Positions 1 through 12,493 of a DNA stretch of 64,000 nt are shown here, piece after piece. Within the stretch, counting starts at the first letter, position 1. The number at the start of each line of letters is the position of its first letter. Source of the DNA: Hemiscyllium ocellatum (Eukaryota); assembly GCF_020745735.1 (NCBI RefSeq), contig NC_083426.1:14756001-14820000 (forward strand). Direction: 5' to 3'. Below the pieces are notes generated by a model. It made no database searches. It saw only the letters and a program-made list of their open reading frames with translations, and was not told where the DNA came from. A program made the translations under genes and the position numbers.

Positions 1-344
1 AGGAGGCTTGGGTTCAAGTCCCACCTGCTCTAGATGTGTATAATAACATTACTGATTAGGAAATATTAAGAATCACCATGATGGGCTCTAGTGACAGAGT
101 TCCTACCTCTGCACCAGGCCACCTAAGTTCACATCCCACCTGCTGCAGCAGTGTTTAATAATATCTCTGACCAGGTTAGTTAGAAAATATCTTGAATCAC
201 CATGATAGTTAGTTTCCTCAACTCTGAATGCGAAGTAGGATGAAAGAAACTCACATGAAGTTTCATCAAAAGCAAATATAGTATTTACTACAAACAAACT
301 CATCCTTTAACAAATGATAAAATGGATTTTTAAGCACTAAGTTT

Positions 345-700
345 ATTTTTATTCAGGCATAGGCTGAAGGCATTGCTGGCTCAGCCAGCCTTTATTGCCC
401 ATCCCTAATTGCCCAGAGGGTAGTTAAGAGTCAACCACATTGCAATGGATCTGGAATCACATGTAGGCTAGACCAGGTAAGGATGGCAGTTTTCTTCCCT
501 AAATGTCATTAGTGAACCAGGTGGGTTTTTCCAACGTTCAACAATAGATTCATGTTCATCATTCAACTCTTAATTTCAGCTTCATTGTTTATTGAATTCA
601 AATTCTACCATTTACGGTGGTGGGATTTTAATCCAGGCCCCAAGAACATCATCATCTGGGTCTCTGGATTAGCAGCCCAGCAATAATGGTTATTGTCACA
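345..700 (-). mobile_element. Second SINE family (possibly Deu-domain type); further copies near 11815-12105, 14630-15025, 19050-19345 (-) and 20620-20925 (+)
   Basis: Recurrent TTGCCCAGAGGG..TTAAGAGTCAACCACATTGC..GGATGGCAG..CATTAGTGAACCAG block; family name is from recollection. Confidence 0.65.
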
Positions 701-1190
701 GGCCCACTACTTCACAAGTTGTAATCAATGTATAACTGACCAATTGAATGGCCATGATATGGGCTCTTGTGGCATGGTGACAATGTCCCTACCTCACCTC
801 CGCGTACCAACATAAACTTTATCCCCTTTAAAACCAAACACAAACATATTCATTCACATGGCAGACAGATAAGAGGGACACCTCTGAAATATCATGAATT
901 AAAAACTTAAGCAAAAAGCAACGATTTCTGTGGGTCAAGAGTTCAAACTGCAAGGGTGGAATGACTTTCTCATAGCCCTTTTGATTTTTGGCAATGATAT
1001 CATATTGATAATGACCAAGTGACAGATGATCCTCATTTCAGTAACTGGTCAGTTGGACAGAGCTGTTTGCTAGATTAAAAGGTTTTCCTATTGGTATCTC
1101 TGATTTTTTTTTTGTTTTTACTCACAGAGTAACAGCAAAAGATGTGTCTTCACAGGCAGGCTTTCAGCAGGTTTGAGGTCAACTGCCCCT

Positions 1191-1477
1191 TTTTTCCACG
1201 TATGGAGTCAGATATTACGAGGGTGCATAGCTTTAAATTAAGGGGTGGTAGGTATAGGACAGATGTTAGGGGTAGATTCTTTACTCAGCGAGTCGTTAGT
1301 TCATGGAATGCCCTGCCAGTAACAGTGGTGGACTCTCCCTCTTTATGGGCATTTAAACGGGCATTGGATAGGCATATGGAGGATAGTGGGCTAGTTTAGT
1401 TAGGTGGGCTTGGATTGGCGTAACATCGAGGGCCGAAGGGCCTGTACTGCACTGTATTTTTCTATGTTCTATGTTCT
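1191..1477 (+). mobile_element. CR1-clade LINE 3' end
   Basis: Encodes ...FFTQRVVSSWNALP...; (TTCTATG)n tail. Confidence 0.85.
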
Positions 1478-4413
1478 CACGCTTGTAGCAATCTGCAACA
1501 CAAAAATCCAAAAGCTGTTGCACTGCAGCTTTTCAATCCAGAAGCATCAGTTTGTCTCACAAAAGTAGCAGAAGTTACATCATCTTATGTGACCAGCTTT
1601 TGACTTGCAAGTTTCGAAGAAAAAGTAGCTAGTGCATTCTCTGCAACGATGCAGTATCCAAACTTTCTTTTACCCAGTTTGTATTCAAAGAATATATGAA
1701 GTTTTTTTTCCCCATTATTCATCTCCTGTTTATGGGGCTTTTTACTATGTTAATTGGCTGCTCCTACAACGCAATCGTGTTCCACTTAAATTGTAACTGA
1801 TTTCAATCATAGAGATTTCAGCATATTCCTGCTTGTGGAGAAAGAAGAAGGTCAAGATTTCCATGACAACTTTGTATTCAAAGTCTCTGTCATAGCTCGG
1901 TAGTTATGTTCAAGGTGAGGCTCTGCTATGAACAGCCACCTACTTTCAAGGTAAAAGCTCAAGTCAAGAGTGGGCACTCAGATGGATTCAGCAGGAGACA
2001 GCTACAGTCCCATCTCCAGAAATGTTTCTGTCTTGACAGGTGCTGAGTATCTCCAACATGTGTTGCTTTTATTCTAACTGGTCATGCCTACTTTAGCGAG
2101 CACTACCCTGATAAGTGTTAGCAGACTACAAATACTCTGTGAGGCCTACACAACTAAAGCAGAATATTTTATCTCAGCCCTGCATTATAGATGTTAGACT
2201 GACTTTAGGGAGTAAATTATTCCATCACAGCTATAGCTATTGTATCATCTTCTGTCGCCTAAAATGACCCCATTGTCATGTATATTCACCACTTGTGTTA
2301 AAAACAGCCTTCTGATCTGCTTCTTTTTCAGTTTGTAATCCTCTATTCTTACTTGCCCACTAACCAGAGGAAACAATCATTTACTATGCAACTTCTCAAG
2401 TCCCTTACAAAATGTTGAAACCTTTCATCTTTCTTTTGTTATTAGTACCAGCAGGGGTTTTCAGATGGCAGAATGTCCAGCCCCACCAATAGGAGTGAGG
2501 GGGTGGGAACACAACATCCACACCCATCACAGCAGCCCCTCCCTGATTACCGCTCTATGGATCCTCAAATGGCTGGAGGTGCAAACTTATGCCATTTGCC
2601 AATTGGCCAATTGGATTCCCAGCAGGGCCTCTAAGACAGTGGCTGACGTGAGAACTGAAAGTATTCACACCAGCCTGAGACATAGACCCCACTGGACCAA
2701 GTTAGTCCAGAGATCTCTCAGTGAATGCAGAATGGGATGCTCCATAAAATTGCAATCAGACCAGGGGTTAGACAGATATGTGATGGGAAAGCCATCAGGG
2801 AATTTAAAAAGCTGCAGCAACCAATCCCACACAATGTCCAGCCCTGCAAACCTGTAGGCAGGAGCCTGCAAAATGCTGCACTACACCTTATCATCACTGA
2901 TTCAAAATATTGAATTTTTTGATTTTTCTTTTGCTGTTAGGTATCAATATTTCACTGGTTGAGAATTGTATTTAGTAATGTCTCTAAATATTTCTCCATA
3001 ATGAAATTCTCAAAACTTTATTCCAACTGTTGTCTAATTGATATTCTAGTTTATTGTGTCCTTGCCTTTGGATTCAATGTCTCCATATTTATAACACTCA
3101 GAACCACATCCCACCAACATCCCAACCGCCTCCACCCCAAACCCATTACAGAATTTCAACTTGTGAAACAAAGGGAGAAATTGCTGGGAAAATTCAGAAC
3201 AGTCCAAAAAAAGGGTCACTGGACGCAAAACATTAACTCTGCTTTCTCTCCAGTGATGCTGCTAGATCTACTGAGTTTTCTCAGCAATTTCTGTTTTCAT
3301 TTCTGATTTCCAGCATCCAAAGTTCTTTGATTCTTTTGATTTCCATTTGCTATCTTGGTTTCAAAAATCTGGTTGTCTAAATATCTTCAGCTTCTACTCA
3401 GCTGAGAATTCCCAATTAAAATTATATCTCTTGTCTCTTTCTTTTCTCAAATTGTAATACTTCACATTAATCTATAAATCCCTTGTTTGGTTGATGCTGT
3501 AATCTCAAACCAGGATGCTCAATAGGATATTTAGTTCTTAAGATTCCTGTTTCTTATAGTTTGCCCCTTAGTTTAGCATTATTTTTAGCAAATTTTGATC
3601 ACCTTTCTACACCAATTCAATCAAATTCAACCATATGAAATAATCCAATTAAGCTAATCAAAGCCTTTGGAAATGGCTGCCAGATGCCTGTTCCTATCCC
3701 TGACCCACAAGGTAAATCCCACCCTGGAGGTGTGTCATTACACATACAAAGAGGAGGTTTCATTGCCTCAGTTCTGGTAACATTGTGGTAATGTTCCTAC
3801 CTGTCGGCCAGTAGGTCCAGGTTTTAATCTTACCAATCCCAGACATGTATCATAACAAGTTGATTAAAAATATCTTAAAGCTAAAGAATTAATTACTTTA
3901 AACTGTGATTATTAGATTCAAGGATATTCAGTCCCCTGATCAAAAACATGTTTACCAAGTGCAGAGACTCAAATAATGGATGTGTTATCAGTCCTCAAAT
4001 TGTAATAATTAATAAATACACTTTATTGACTTTATTTGATCAGCTGCATGAACGTGAAGTATGACCTTTCTCATTAGCAAAGATGTTTTTTTAATGCTTA
4101 AACATTTGCGACACCAGTGAATTAAGACAACAATGGAAACAAAGCTGGTTCTAGCAATAATGATAACAATGCAATTATTTTTCTTGTTTCCATATAATTT
4201 TCAATCATATTATAGAAGTTTACATGAAAAGTTAGTTACATAGTAGTTTCAATGTTCTTCGTACATCACAAAATGCTTCACAGTCATTAATGTCTGTATT
4301 GTATTGACTGTTGACATATAGGTAAAAACAATGACTGCAGATGCTGGAAACCAGATTCTAGATCAATGGTGCTGGAAGAGCACAGCAGTTCAGGCAGCAT
4401 CCAAAGTGCAGTG

Positions 4414-4450
4414 AAATCGACGTTTCGGGCAAAAGTCCTTCATCAGGAAT
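4414..4450 (-). ncRNA. Hammerhead ribozyme motif, 3' pLTR of Penelope element
   Basis: Reverse complement AUUC-CUGAUGA-A-GGAC(UUUU)GCCC-GAAA-CGUC-GAUUU (one stem II mismatch). Confidence 0.72.
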
Positions 4451-7400
4451 AAAGGCAGTGAGCCTGAAGCGTGGAGAGATAAGCTAGAGGAGGGTGGGGA
4501 TGGGGAAAAAGTAGTATGGAGTACAATGGGTGAGTGGGGGAGGGGATGAAGGTGATAGGTCAGGGAGGAGAGGGTAGAGTTGATAGGTGGAAAAGAAGAT
4601 AGGCAGGTAGGACAAGTCCAGACAAGTCATGGGGATAGTGCTGAGCTGGAGGTTTGGAACAGGGCATCAATGTGGACTTCAAAAGTTTCCTCATTTCCCC
4701 CTAGGGAACTAGGGGGAAGGGCAAATTAGGAAACTTTTGAAGTCCACATTGATGCCCTGGGATTGAAGTGTTCTGAGGCGGAAGATGAGGTGTTCTTCCT
4801 CCAGGCATCTGATGGTGAGGGAGCGGCGATGAAGGAGGCCCAGGACCTCCATGTCCTTGGCAGAGTGGGAGAGGGAGTTGAAATGTTGGGCCACGGGGCG
4901 GTGTGGTTGATTGGTGCGAGTGTCCAGGAGATGTTCCCTAAAGTGCTCTGTTAGGAGGCGCCCAGTCTCCCTAATGTAGAGGAGACCACATCGGGAGCAA
5001 AGGATACAATAAATGAATTTGGTGGATGTGCAGGTAAAACTTTGAAAGGCTCCTTTAGAGCCTTGGATAGAGGTGAGGGAGGAGGTGTGGGCCCAGGTTT
5101 TACAGTTCCTGCGGTGGCAGGGGAAAGTGCCAGGATGGGAGGGTGGGTTGTAGTGGGGCGTGGACCTGACCAGGTAGTCATGGAGGGAACGGTCTTTGCG
5201 GAAGGCGGAAAGGGGTGGGGAGGGAAATAAAGCCCTGGTGGTGGGGTCTTTTTGGAAGTGGCAGAAATGTCGGCGGGTGATTTGGTTTATGCGAAGGTTT
5301 GTAGGGTGGAAGGTGAGCACCAGGGGTGTTCTGTCCTTGTTACGGTTGGAGGGGTGGGGTCTGAGGGCGGAGGTGCGGGATGTGAACGAGATGCGTTGGA
5401 GGGCATCTTTAACCATGTGGGAAGGGAAATTGCGGTCTCTAAAGAAGGAGGCCATCTGATGTGTTCTCTGGTGAAACTGGTCCTCCTGGGAGCAGATACG
5501 GCAGAGGCGGAGGAATTCGGAATATGGGATGGCATTTTTGCAAGAGGTAGGGTGGGAAGAGGTGTAATCCAAGTAGCTGTGGGAGTCGGTGGGTTTGTGA
5601 AAAATGTCAGTGTCAAGTCGGTCATCTTTAATGAAGGTGGAGAGGTCCAGGAAGGGAAGGGAGGTGTCAGAGATGGTCCAGGTAAATTTAAGGTCAGGGT
5701 GGAATGTGTTGGTAAAGTTAATGAATTGCTCAACCTCCTCGCGGGAGCACGAGGTGGCGCCAATGCAGTCATCAAAGTAGCGGAGGAAGAGGTGGGGAGT
5801 GGCGCCAGTGTAATTACGGAAGATCAACTGTTCTACGTAGCCAACAAAGAGACAGGCATAGCTGGGGCCCATACGTGTGCCCATGGCTACCCCTTTGGTC
5901 TGGAGGAAGTGGGAGGATTCAAAAGAGAAATAGTTAAGGGTGAGGACCAGTTCGGCCAAACGATAATGTTGGGGACGTCTGGAGAGGAAAAACCGGAGGG
6001 CTTGGAGGCCCTGGTCATGGCGGATGGAGGTGCAGAGGGATTGAATATCCATGGTGAAGATGAGGCGTTGGGGTCCGGGGAAACGGAAGTATTGGAGGAG
6101 GTGGAGGGTGTGGGTGGTGTCTTGAACGTATGTGGGGAGTTCCTGGACAAGGGGGAAAGGACAGTGTCGAGGTAGATAGAGATGAATTCAGTGGGGCAGG
6201 AGCATGCTGAGACAATGGGTCGGCCAGGGTGGTCAGGCTTGTGGATCTTGGGAAGGAGGTAGAACCGGGCAGTGCAGTTGGAACTATGAGGTTGGAAGCT
6301 GTGGGTGGGCGATCTCCTGAGGTGATGACGTTCTGTATGGTCTGGGAGATGATGGTTTGGTGATGGGGGGGTGGGGCCATGGTCGAGGGGGCAGTAGGAA
6401 GAGGTGTCCTCGAGTTGGCGTTTGGCTTCAGCGGTGTGGAGGTCAGTGTGCCAGACTACCACTGCGCCTCCTTTATTCACTGGCTTGATGGTGAGGTTGG
6501 GATTGGAGCAGGGGGTTGGAGGGCTGCACATTATGAAGGTGAGAAGTTGGAGTGGGGGAGGGGGTAGACAGGTTGAGGCGGTTAATGTCCCAGCGGCAGT
6601 TGGAAATGAAGAGGTCGAGGGCAGGTAATAGGCCAGCGCAGGGTGTCCAGGTGGATGCAGTGTGTTGGAGGTGGACGAAGGGGTCTTTGGAAGGTGGGCG
6701 GGAATCCTGATTGTGAAAGTAAGCTTGGAGGTGCAGGCGACGGAAGAATTGTTCGACGTCATGGCGTGTATTAAATTCATTGATGCATGGACGGAGTGGG
6801 ATGAAGGTGAGTCCTTTGCTGAGGACTGATCGTTCGTCCTCAGTGAGGGGGAGGTCTGGGGGGATGGTGAAAACTCGGCAGGGCTGGGAGCTGGGATCTG
6901 GTGAGGGTATGGAGCTGGGAGTGGGGTCAGAGCCAGTAACTGGAGTGGGTGTGTTGGTGGGGGGAATGGGCGTGGAGTCATGAGCAGGGGTAATATTCCC
7001 CTCGGGGTTCTGGGGGTTGGGGATAGTGACAGTGGGGTCTGTGGGGACGTGTCAGCAGAATGCAGGTGAGTGGCGCTGGTGGGGGCGGAAGTGGTGGTGG
7101 CCACAGCAGTAGGGGTGGCGAAGTCATTGAGCATGTAGCATCAGTGATGATTTGAGGGGCGGATGTGATGTCACGTGTGATGGATGAGGAATTGTGAGGG
7201 GCAGAATTGGTTGTGGGAATAGCCATGATGAGGGCGGAGTGACTTCATCAATCAACGTGGGGGATGGTAGCTGCTTCAGCCGCATGGCTAATGGCGTCTG
7301 AGTCATTTCCGAGGCCAGGGGAATCTTCTGGAATGTTTGAGGAGCGCTGGTTATGGAGGTGGGTAGATAAAGGTTTGTTGTACTTACAGTTTTTGATGTT

Positions 7401-7961
7401 TGAGATGGAACTGAAATACTGTTTGTTGAGAGTATGAATTCTCCTGAGGATGTAGTAGAGAGTGAGTCCTTTGCAATTCTGAGAGAGTGTGGCCCTCAGC
7501 TGAGGCAGGGCTGACTGCAGAGAGGTTAGGAGCTGGCGCATTGCTGCAAGCGTGGAGTGGAGGATCTTGAAGGAGTACTGTTGCTGGTGTTTTTGAATCT
7601 GTAGTCTGTACTGTTTGTCCTGTTCGGGTCCGAACTCTGCTGGTTTAAGGGTGGTCCGGAGTGGGGATGAGTTGGTTACGAAGGCAGGCACTGAGGAAGC
7701 AAATGTGGCTGTGGTAGCGAGTTTGTTTCACAACATGGTTGAAGAGCTTCAAGGCAGAGGAAATGACCTGGGATTTGCAATGGGAGAGGGACTCCCTGAG
7801 ATTCTTGTAGAGAGAGGAGGAAAACTTCTTCGAGGCAGGCATCCTTGCAGTAGGGTTAAAATCAATGAGGTAAAAACAATGACTGCAGATGCTGGAAACC
7901 AGATTCTGGATTAGTGGTGCTGGAAGAGCACAGCAGTTCAGGCAGCATCCAAAGTGCAGTG

Positions 7962-7998
7962 AAATCGATGTTTCAGGCAAAAGCCCTTCATCAGGAAT
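7962..7998 (-). ncRNA. Hammerhead ribozyme motif, 5' pLTR of Penelope element (CpG-decayed)
   Basis: Reverse complement AUUC-CUGAUGA-A-GGGC(UUUU)GCCU-GAAA-CAUC-GAUUU. Confidence 0.68.
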
Positions 7999-8009
7999 AA
8001 TATTCACAG

Positions 8010-9110
8010 GGAAAGCCTCAGATGTCTGGAAAATAGCCAATTCTATTGTTTAAAAGGGCAACAGGGATAATCCAGGAAATCATAAGCAACTGAGCCTTAC
8101 ATGAGTGGTAGAGAAATTATTGCAGAAGATTCTTAGGGGCAGGATTTATTTGCATTTGGTGACTAATGGACTTATTAGGGATAGTCAGCATTGTTTCATA
8201 CAGGGGATGTCTTGTCTTGCAAACTTGACTGAGTTTTTTGAAGATATGATGAAGATGATTGATGAGACTAGAGTGGTGGATGCTGTCTGCATGGACTTTA
8301 CTAAAGTTTTTGACAAGGAGCCTCATAGTGGGTCCAGAAGATTAAGTAACCTGGGATCCATGGTGTGTTGGCAAGGTGGATAGAAATTGGCTTGGTCATA
8401 GGAGACAGAAGGTAGTTGTGGAGGGGTGTTTTTCTAACTGGAGGAATGGTGTTCTGTAAGGATCGTTGCTGGGAGCTGTTGTTTCTATTATAAAAAAATG
8501 ATTTGGGTGAAAATGTGAATGGTCTGATTAGTAAACATGCAAACAGTATGAAAGTTGCAAGATTGCAAATAATGAGAAAGGTTATCAAAGGATACAACTG
8601 GATAGAGATCAGTTGCAAATTTGAGCAGAAAAATTGCAGATGAAATTTACTCTGGACAGGTCTGAGGTGATATATTTTGAGAGGTCAAATACAAGAAGAA
8701 AGTATACAATAAATGGCAGGACCATGAGGAGAATTGATATACAGAGTGATCTTGGGGTGCAAGTCCACAACTTCCTGAAAGTAACAATTCAAGTGGATAA
8801 GTTGGTAAAGAAGCCATACACATGCTTGCCTTCAACAGTTGGGACATTGAGATTAAAAGTTGTCAGGTCATGTTGCAGTTGCATAAGACTTCAGTGAGGC
8901 TACATTTGGAATATTTTGCATAGTTCTGCTCCCCACACCATAGCAATGATGTGAAGACTTTGGAGTGAGTGCAAAAGAGGTTTAGCAGGATGTTGCCTGG
9001 ATCAGAGTGTATCAGCTGTAAGGAGAAGTGGACAAACTAAACTGTTTTTGCTAGAGTGCCCGAGACTAGGGAGTGACCTGTCTGAAGGATATAAAATTAT
9101 GAGAGGTGTA
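8010..9110 (+). mobile_element. Degenerate CR1 LINE ORF2 (RT) fragment
   Basis: Broken ORFs with LIRDSQHCF..SCLANLTEFF..MDFTKVFDK and DLGVQVH; boundaries approximate. Confidence 0.8.
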
Positions 9111-9922
9111 AGATCCACACCCAAGTCCCACAAGTGAATACAAAGATGTACAGTCTTTTCCTCATGAAGTTTCATTGATCTCTCCATACCAGAGAGATGA
9201 GAATTTATCAACACAAAATCAGAAGAAAGTGAAATGCTTTGTTCTTCTTTCTGTGAACATTTTTTGAATATCTCCTGCAGTTTTGTGGCCTGTTATTTGA
9301 CTAACCCCCATGGGCTGTGGTCAGTGTGAGGTCACTCCATGCTCGTATATCTGTAAGTGCAGGTCCAGGAGTGTCTATGATGCGGAGCAACGACAACATC
9401 TAGGTGGGTCAATGATATTTGCATTACAGCACTATTGATCCAGTGGAAGATATTGGTGAACCATTTTCTGTTGAACATTTTACATTCCTAGATGATGCAT
9501 GGTTCCTCAAGCTTGTTTATACATGTTTTATTGAATTTTCAGGGCTAGTATGCTGGCAATTGCTCACCTGTCAATCTTAGCCAATAATGAATTGCCACCA
9601 ATTTTCTGAGGAAGAAAGATTGTTGAACCTTTGGCAAACACTTTGGATGATGTGATAACATTGATGCGTTCCACGAGACTGAGAATGAGAAACATGAGTT
9701 CACCACTCTTTGTCTCGTCATATACATCATCAGATTCTGGTTTTACAAAGTGCAACTTACTTAAAAGAAGCTGTTGCTAGGTTAGTTTCTTGTTAACCAA
9801 CAGCCTCCTGGTGCTAACTTGTTTCACAAAAGTATCAAGTACAGCTTCGACCATTAGTGTCATGCTGCACACAACAGAGACACACAGGGGAATGTCAGTC
9901 AGTGATGGCATAGACCCTCACT

Positions 9923-10145
9923 GTTTGGGAGAAGATTTGTAGCTCGGGTGCTCGTTGTTGTGGTTCTGTTCGCCGAGCTGGGAATTTGTGTTGCAAACGT
10001 TTCGTCCCCTGTCTAGGTGACATCCTCAGTGCTTGGGAGCCACCTGTGAAGCTTCACAGGAGACTCCCAAGCACTGAGGATGTCACTGAGACAGGGGACG
10101 AAACGTTTGCAACTCAAATTCCCAGCTCGGCGAACAGAACCACAA
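9923..10145. mobile_element. Palindromic non-autonomous element with a hammerhead motif on each strand
   Basis: 192-bp near-perfect palindrome 9956-10147 centred on AAGCTT; flanked by CATAGACC(C/T)TCACT at 9909-9922 and 10146-10159. Confidence 0.8.
10071..10110 (+). ncRNA. Minimal hammerhead ribozyme motif (mirror copy at 9993-10032 on - strand)
   Basis: GCA-CUGAGGA-U-GUC...GAC-GAAA-CG-UU/UGC: stem I GCA/UGC, stem II GUC/GAC. Confidence 0.72.
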
Positions 10146-12296
10146 CATAGACCTTCACTACACTATTGTGAAATATTGAGGAGTCCAGTTCAATTCCATC
10201 ACTGGCATGGCTGGAGCAAGCGAGTTCTTGACTACCTTCATGGAAAGGATGGAAGTCACCTATGGAGATCCGTCCAGCAGAACATACATCACTGCTGTAT
10301 ATGTGCTCAGGTCTTTATGCCTTTGTTTTAGTCTTGGGAACACCGAATGCTGTTATCAATTTTTTCATCTTATCCCTTCATTGGTAAAAATCCAGGTCCC
10401 AACAGCTCTCCTGAAACTTTACCCCATCATCAAGGCCAGTTACACCACTACCATCCTTAAACAACCCCTTCACCCAGACTGTACACTCCCTGATCCTGAC
10501 CTATTAGCTTCCACATAAACCTGTTGAACTATAACCTAGTATTGTGTGATTTTTAACTTTGTCCACCCTGGTCCAACACTGACACCTCCAAATCATGATC
10601 CTGACCTAACAGCAATCCCATTATCAGACCCAACTCTCCACAATAGCTATGACTATGCCCTCCTAGGCAAATACCACCAGTCACATCTCTGCACTTGAGC
10701 TCCCTACAGCATAGACCATGCTCTGGATGCTCTGTGACACCTTTTATCTATTCAGGGTCCTAAAGAGCCTGGAAAGCTACTGCTGAGAGGTTCCTGGATA
10801 TAGAGAGCCTCATTGCTACACAGAGTGCTGAGTTTGCCTCATAAAGGCTCACTTGCCTGAGGTGGGGAGACTCTCAGATTAATCTCCCCACTCAGTTCCC
10901 TCTCCCTAATGAAGAAGGACACTTTTACATTAGCATGGGTCCTTGTGGAGGAGTATTAGTACTTCTATCTCTTGGTGAAAAGGCACAGGTTCTAGAACCT
11001 CCTATAGAGGAGTGTCATACCGTGTCTGAACAGGTTGCTATAAAAATATCGATAACAACACATTTGCACAATGTAAGAGACTCGTTAGTGAATTGTTTTA
11101 GGTGGCCAATGGAGTTTACTGTCCAGCAGAAACATGTTGAGTATGAAAAGAATTGCCAACATTCATTAACAGAGTGATTTCACTGGTCATTGGGTGGCCA
11201 TTCACTAGAATGGACAACTACATAGATCTCGTGAGATGCGTTAAGTCTCCCAATTATCTTTAAGTAGCTTCTAAAGCTAATGCTCATCCAGTTAAAATAT
11301 CAATTTATTTACATACTTCCAGAGCTTCTATGTTCTTGCTGTGACCTCAGCTTGTTTGTTATAGATCACTTGGTGAAAGCAGAATACAAAAGTATCCCCT
11401 AAGCTTGAAACCATGACATTGGAGCATTAAGGACCACTCACTCTGATAAAGAATCATCACACTCAAAACATTAACTCCACTCTCTTCCCACAGATCCTGC
11501 CAGGCCTAGTGATTTTCTCCAGCATTCTCTGATTTCATTTTAAATAGAACCCCTCGCAGGTGAATGTAAGTGTTTTTGTTGCATAATTTCAAAGAAGATC
11601 AGAGTTTTTTTTGTCCACTATTTATCCCTCAACCAACGTCAGAAAACTATAGGTTATCACATTTCTGTTTGTGGGAACTTATTAATGCAAATGGTTGTTG
11701 CATTGCTGACAACAGGGACTACACTTTGCAAGGTACTTAATTGACTCTAGAACAGTTTTTGGGGTAGGAGGTGCCATTTAAATATAGATCCTCTTCTGTT
11801 TTTCTAATATTTTATTTTTGTTTATTCACAGGATGATGACATCACTGGTTAGGTCAGCATTTATTACCCATCCCCAGATTTAACCACATTGCTGTGGGTC
11901 TGGCCAGACCAAGTAAGGATGGCAGATTTCCTTCTTTAAATGACATTAGTGAACCAGTGGGGTTTTCCTGATAATCAACAAAGTCTTTGTTAGACTCTTA
12001 ATTCCAGATTCTTTGTCTTTAAATGAATTTAAATTCTACCATGGTGGGACTTGAACCAAGGTACTGAGAGCATCAGCTGGGTTTCTGGATTAATAGGCCA
12101 TCTCCTCCCCTTCATTAAGCATACACACCTACATATTAAGAATAAGTTGTCATCTGTGACCTTTACTGTTGTAACAACTCAGTTTTCTATAATTAAAATA
12201 CTCTGCAAGTGCTGGATAAGTACATTTGATAAATGTACAAGTTCAAACCATAAGAACTAAATATTATCTTGTTTTACAAATATATATAGAGCCGTA

Positions 12297-12426
12297 TTAT
12301 CAGCCCTGAGGTCTTACTCAATAAGCTTGAAACTCAAGAATGTTGGTTATCAAAATATCAGCTGATAATTATTAAATAAGGTGTAAACTCTTAATGTGCC
12401 CTTTCACAAGGACTTAGTTATGATAA
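12297..12426. promoter_or_regulatory. Cluster of four GATA (WGATAR) sites upstream of gene 1
   Basis: TTATCA 12297 and 12347, TGATAA 12363 and 12421; GATA factors are known regulators of gastric genes, but function here is inferred. Confidence 0.5.
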
Positions 12427-12493
12427 TAAAACATGACATAACAACATTCGTTATTTGTCTTTTTGGTCAATGGAATGGGTTGACGCAGCACAG

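Larger units (their letters stand above)
4321..7998 (-). mobile_element. Near-full-length Penelope-like retroelement (RT + GIY-YIG endonuclease), frameshifted, with direct terminal repeats (pLTRs)
   Basis: ORF 4709-6052 has the RT motifs KGVAMGTRMGPSYA and LRYFDD and a C-terminal IYCILCSRCGLLYI GIY-YIG-like motif. Upstream ORF pieces extend to about 7842. A ~130 nt direct repeat lies at 4321-4450 and 7869-7998. Confidence 0.9.

Noticed and set aside
103-3306. Short ORFs in the first 3 kb, and most other 60-130 aa ORFs in the track
   Set aside because: They overlap repeats or lack any motif or splice support.
5252-6175. 307-aa Gly/Val/Glu-rich plus-strand ORF
   Set aside because: Antisense shadow of the C-rich Penelope RT ORF; no recognisable domain.
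5887-7134. 415-aa Pro/Thr/Ser-rich ORF resembling a mucin
   Set aside because: Mosaic of in-frame and out-of-frame segments of the frameshifted Penelope ORF (contains IKPVNKGGAVVV and FYLLPKIHKP..PGRPIVS RT motifs).
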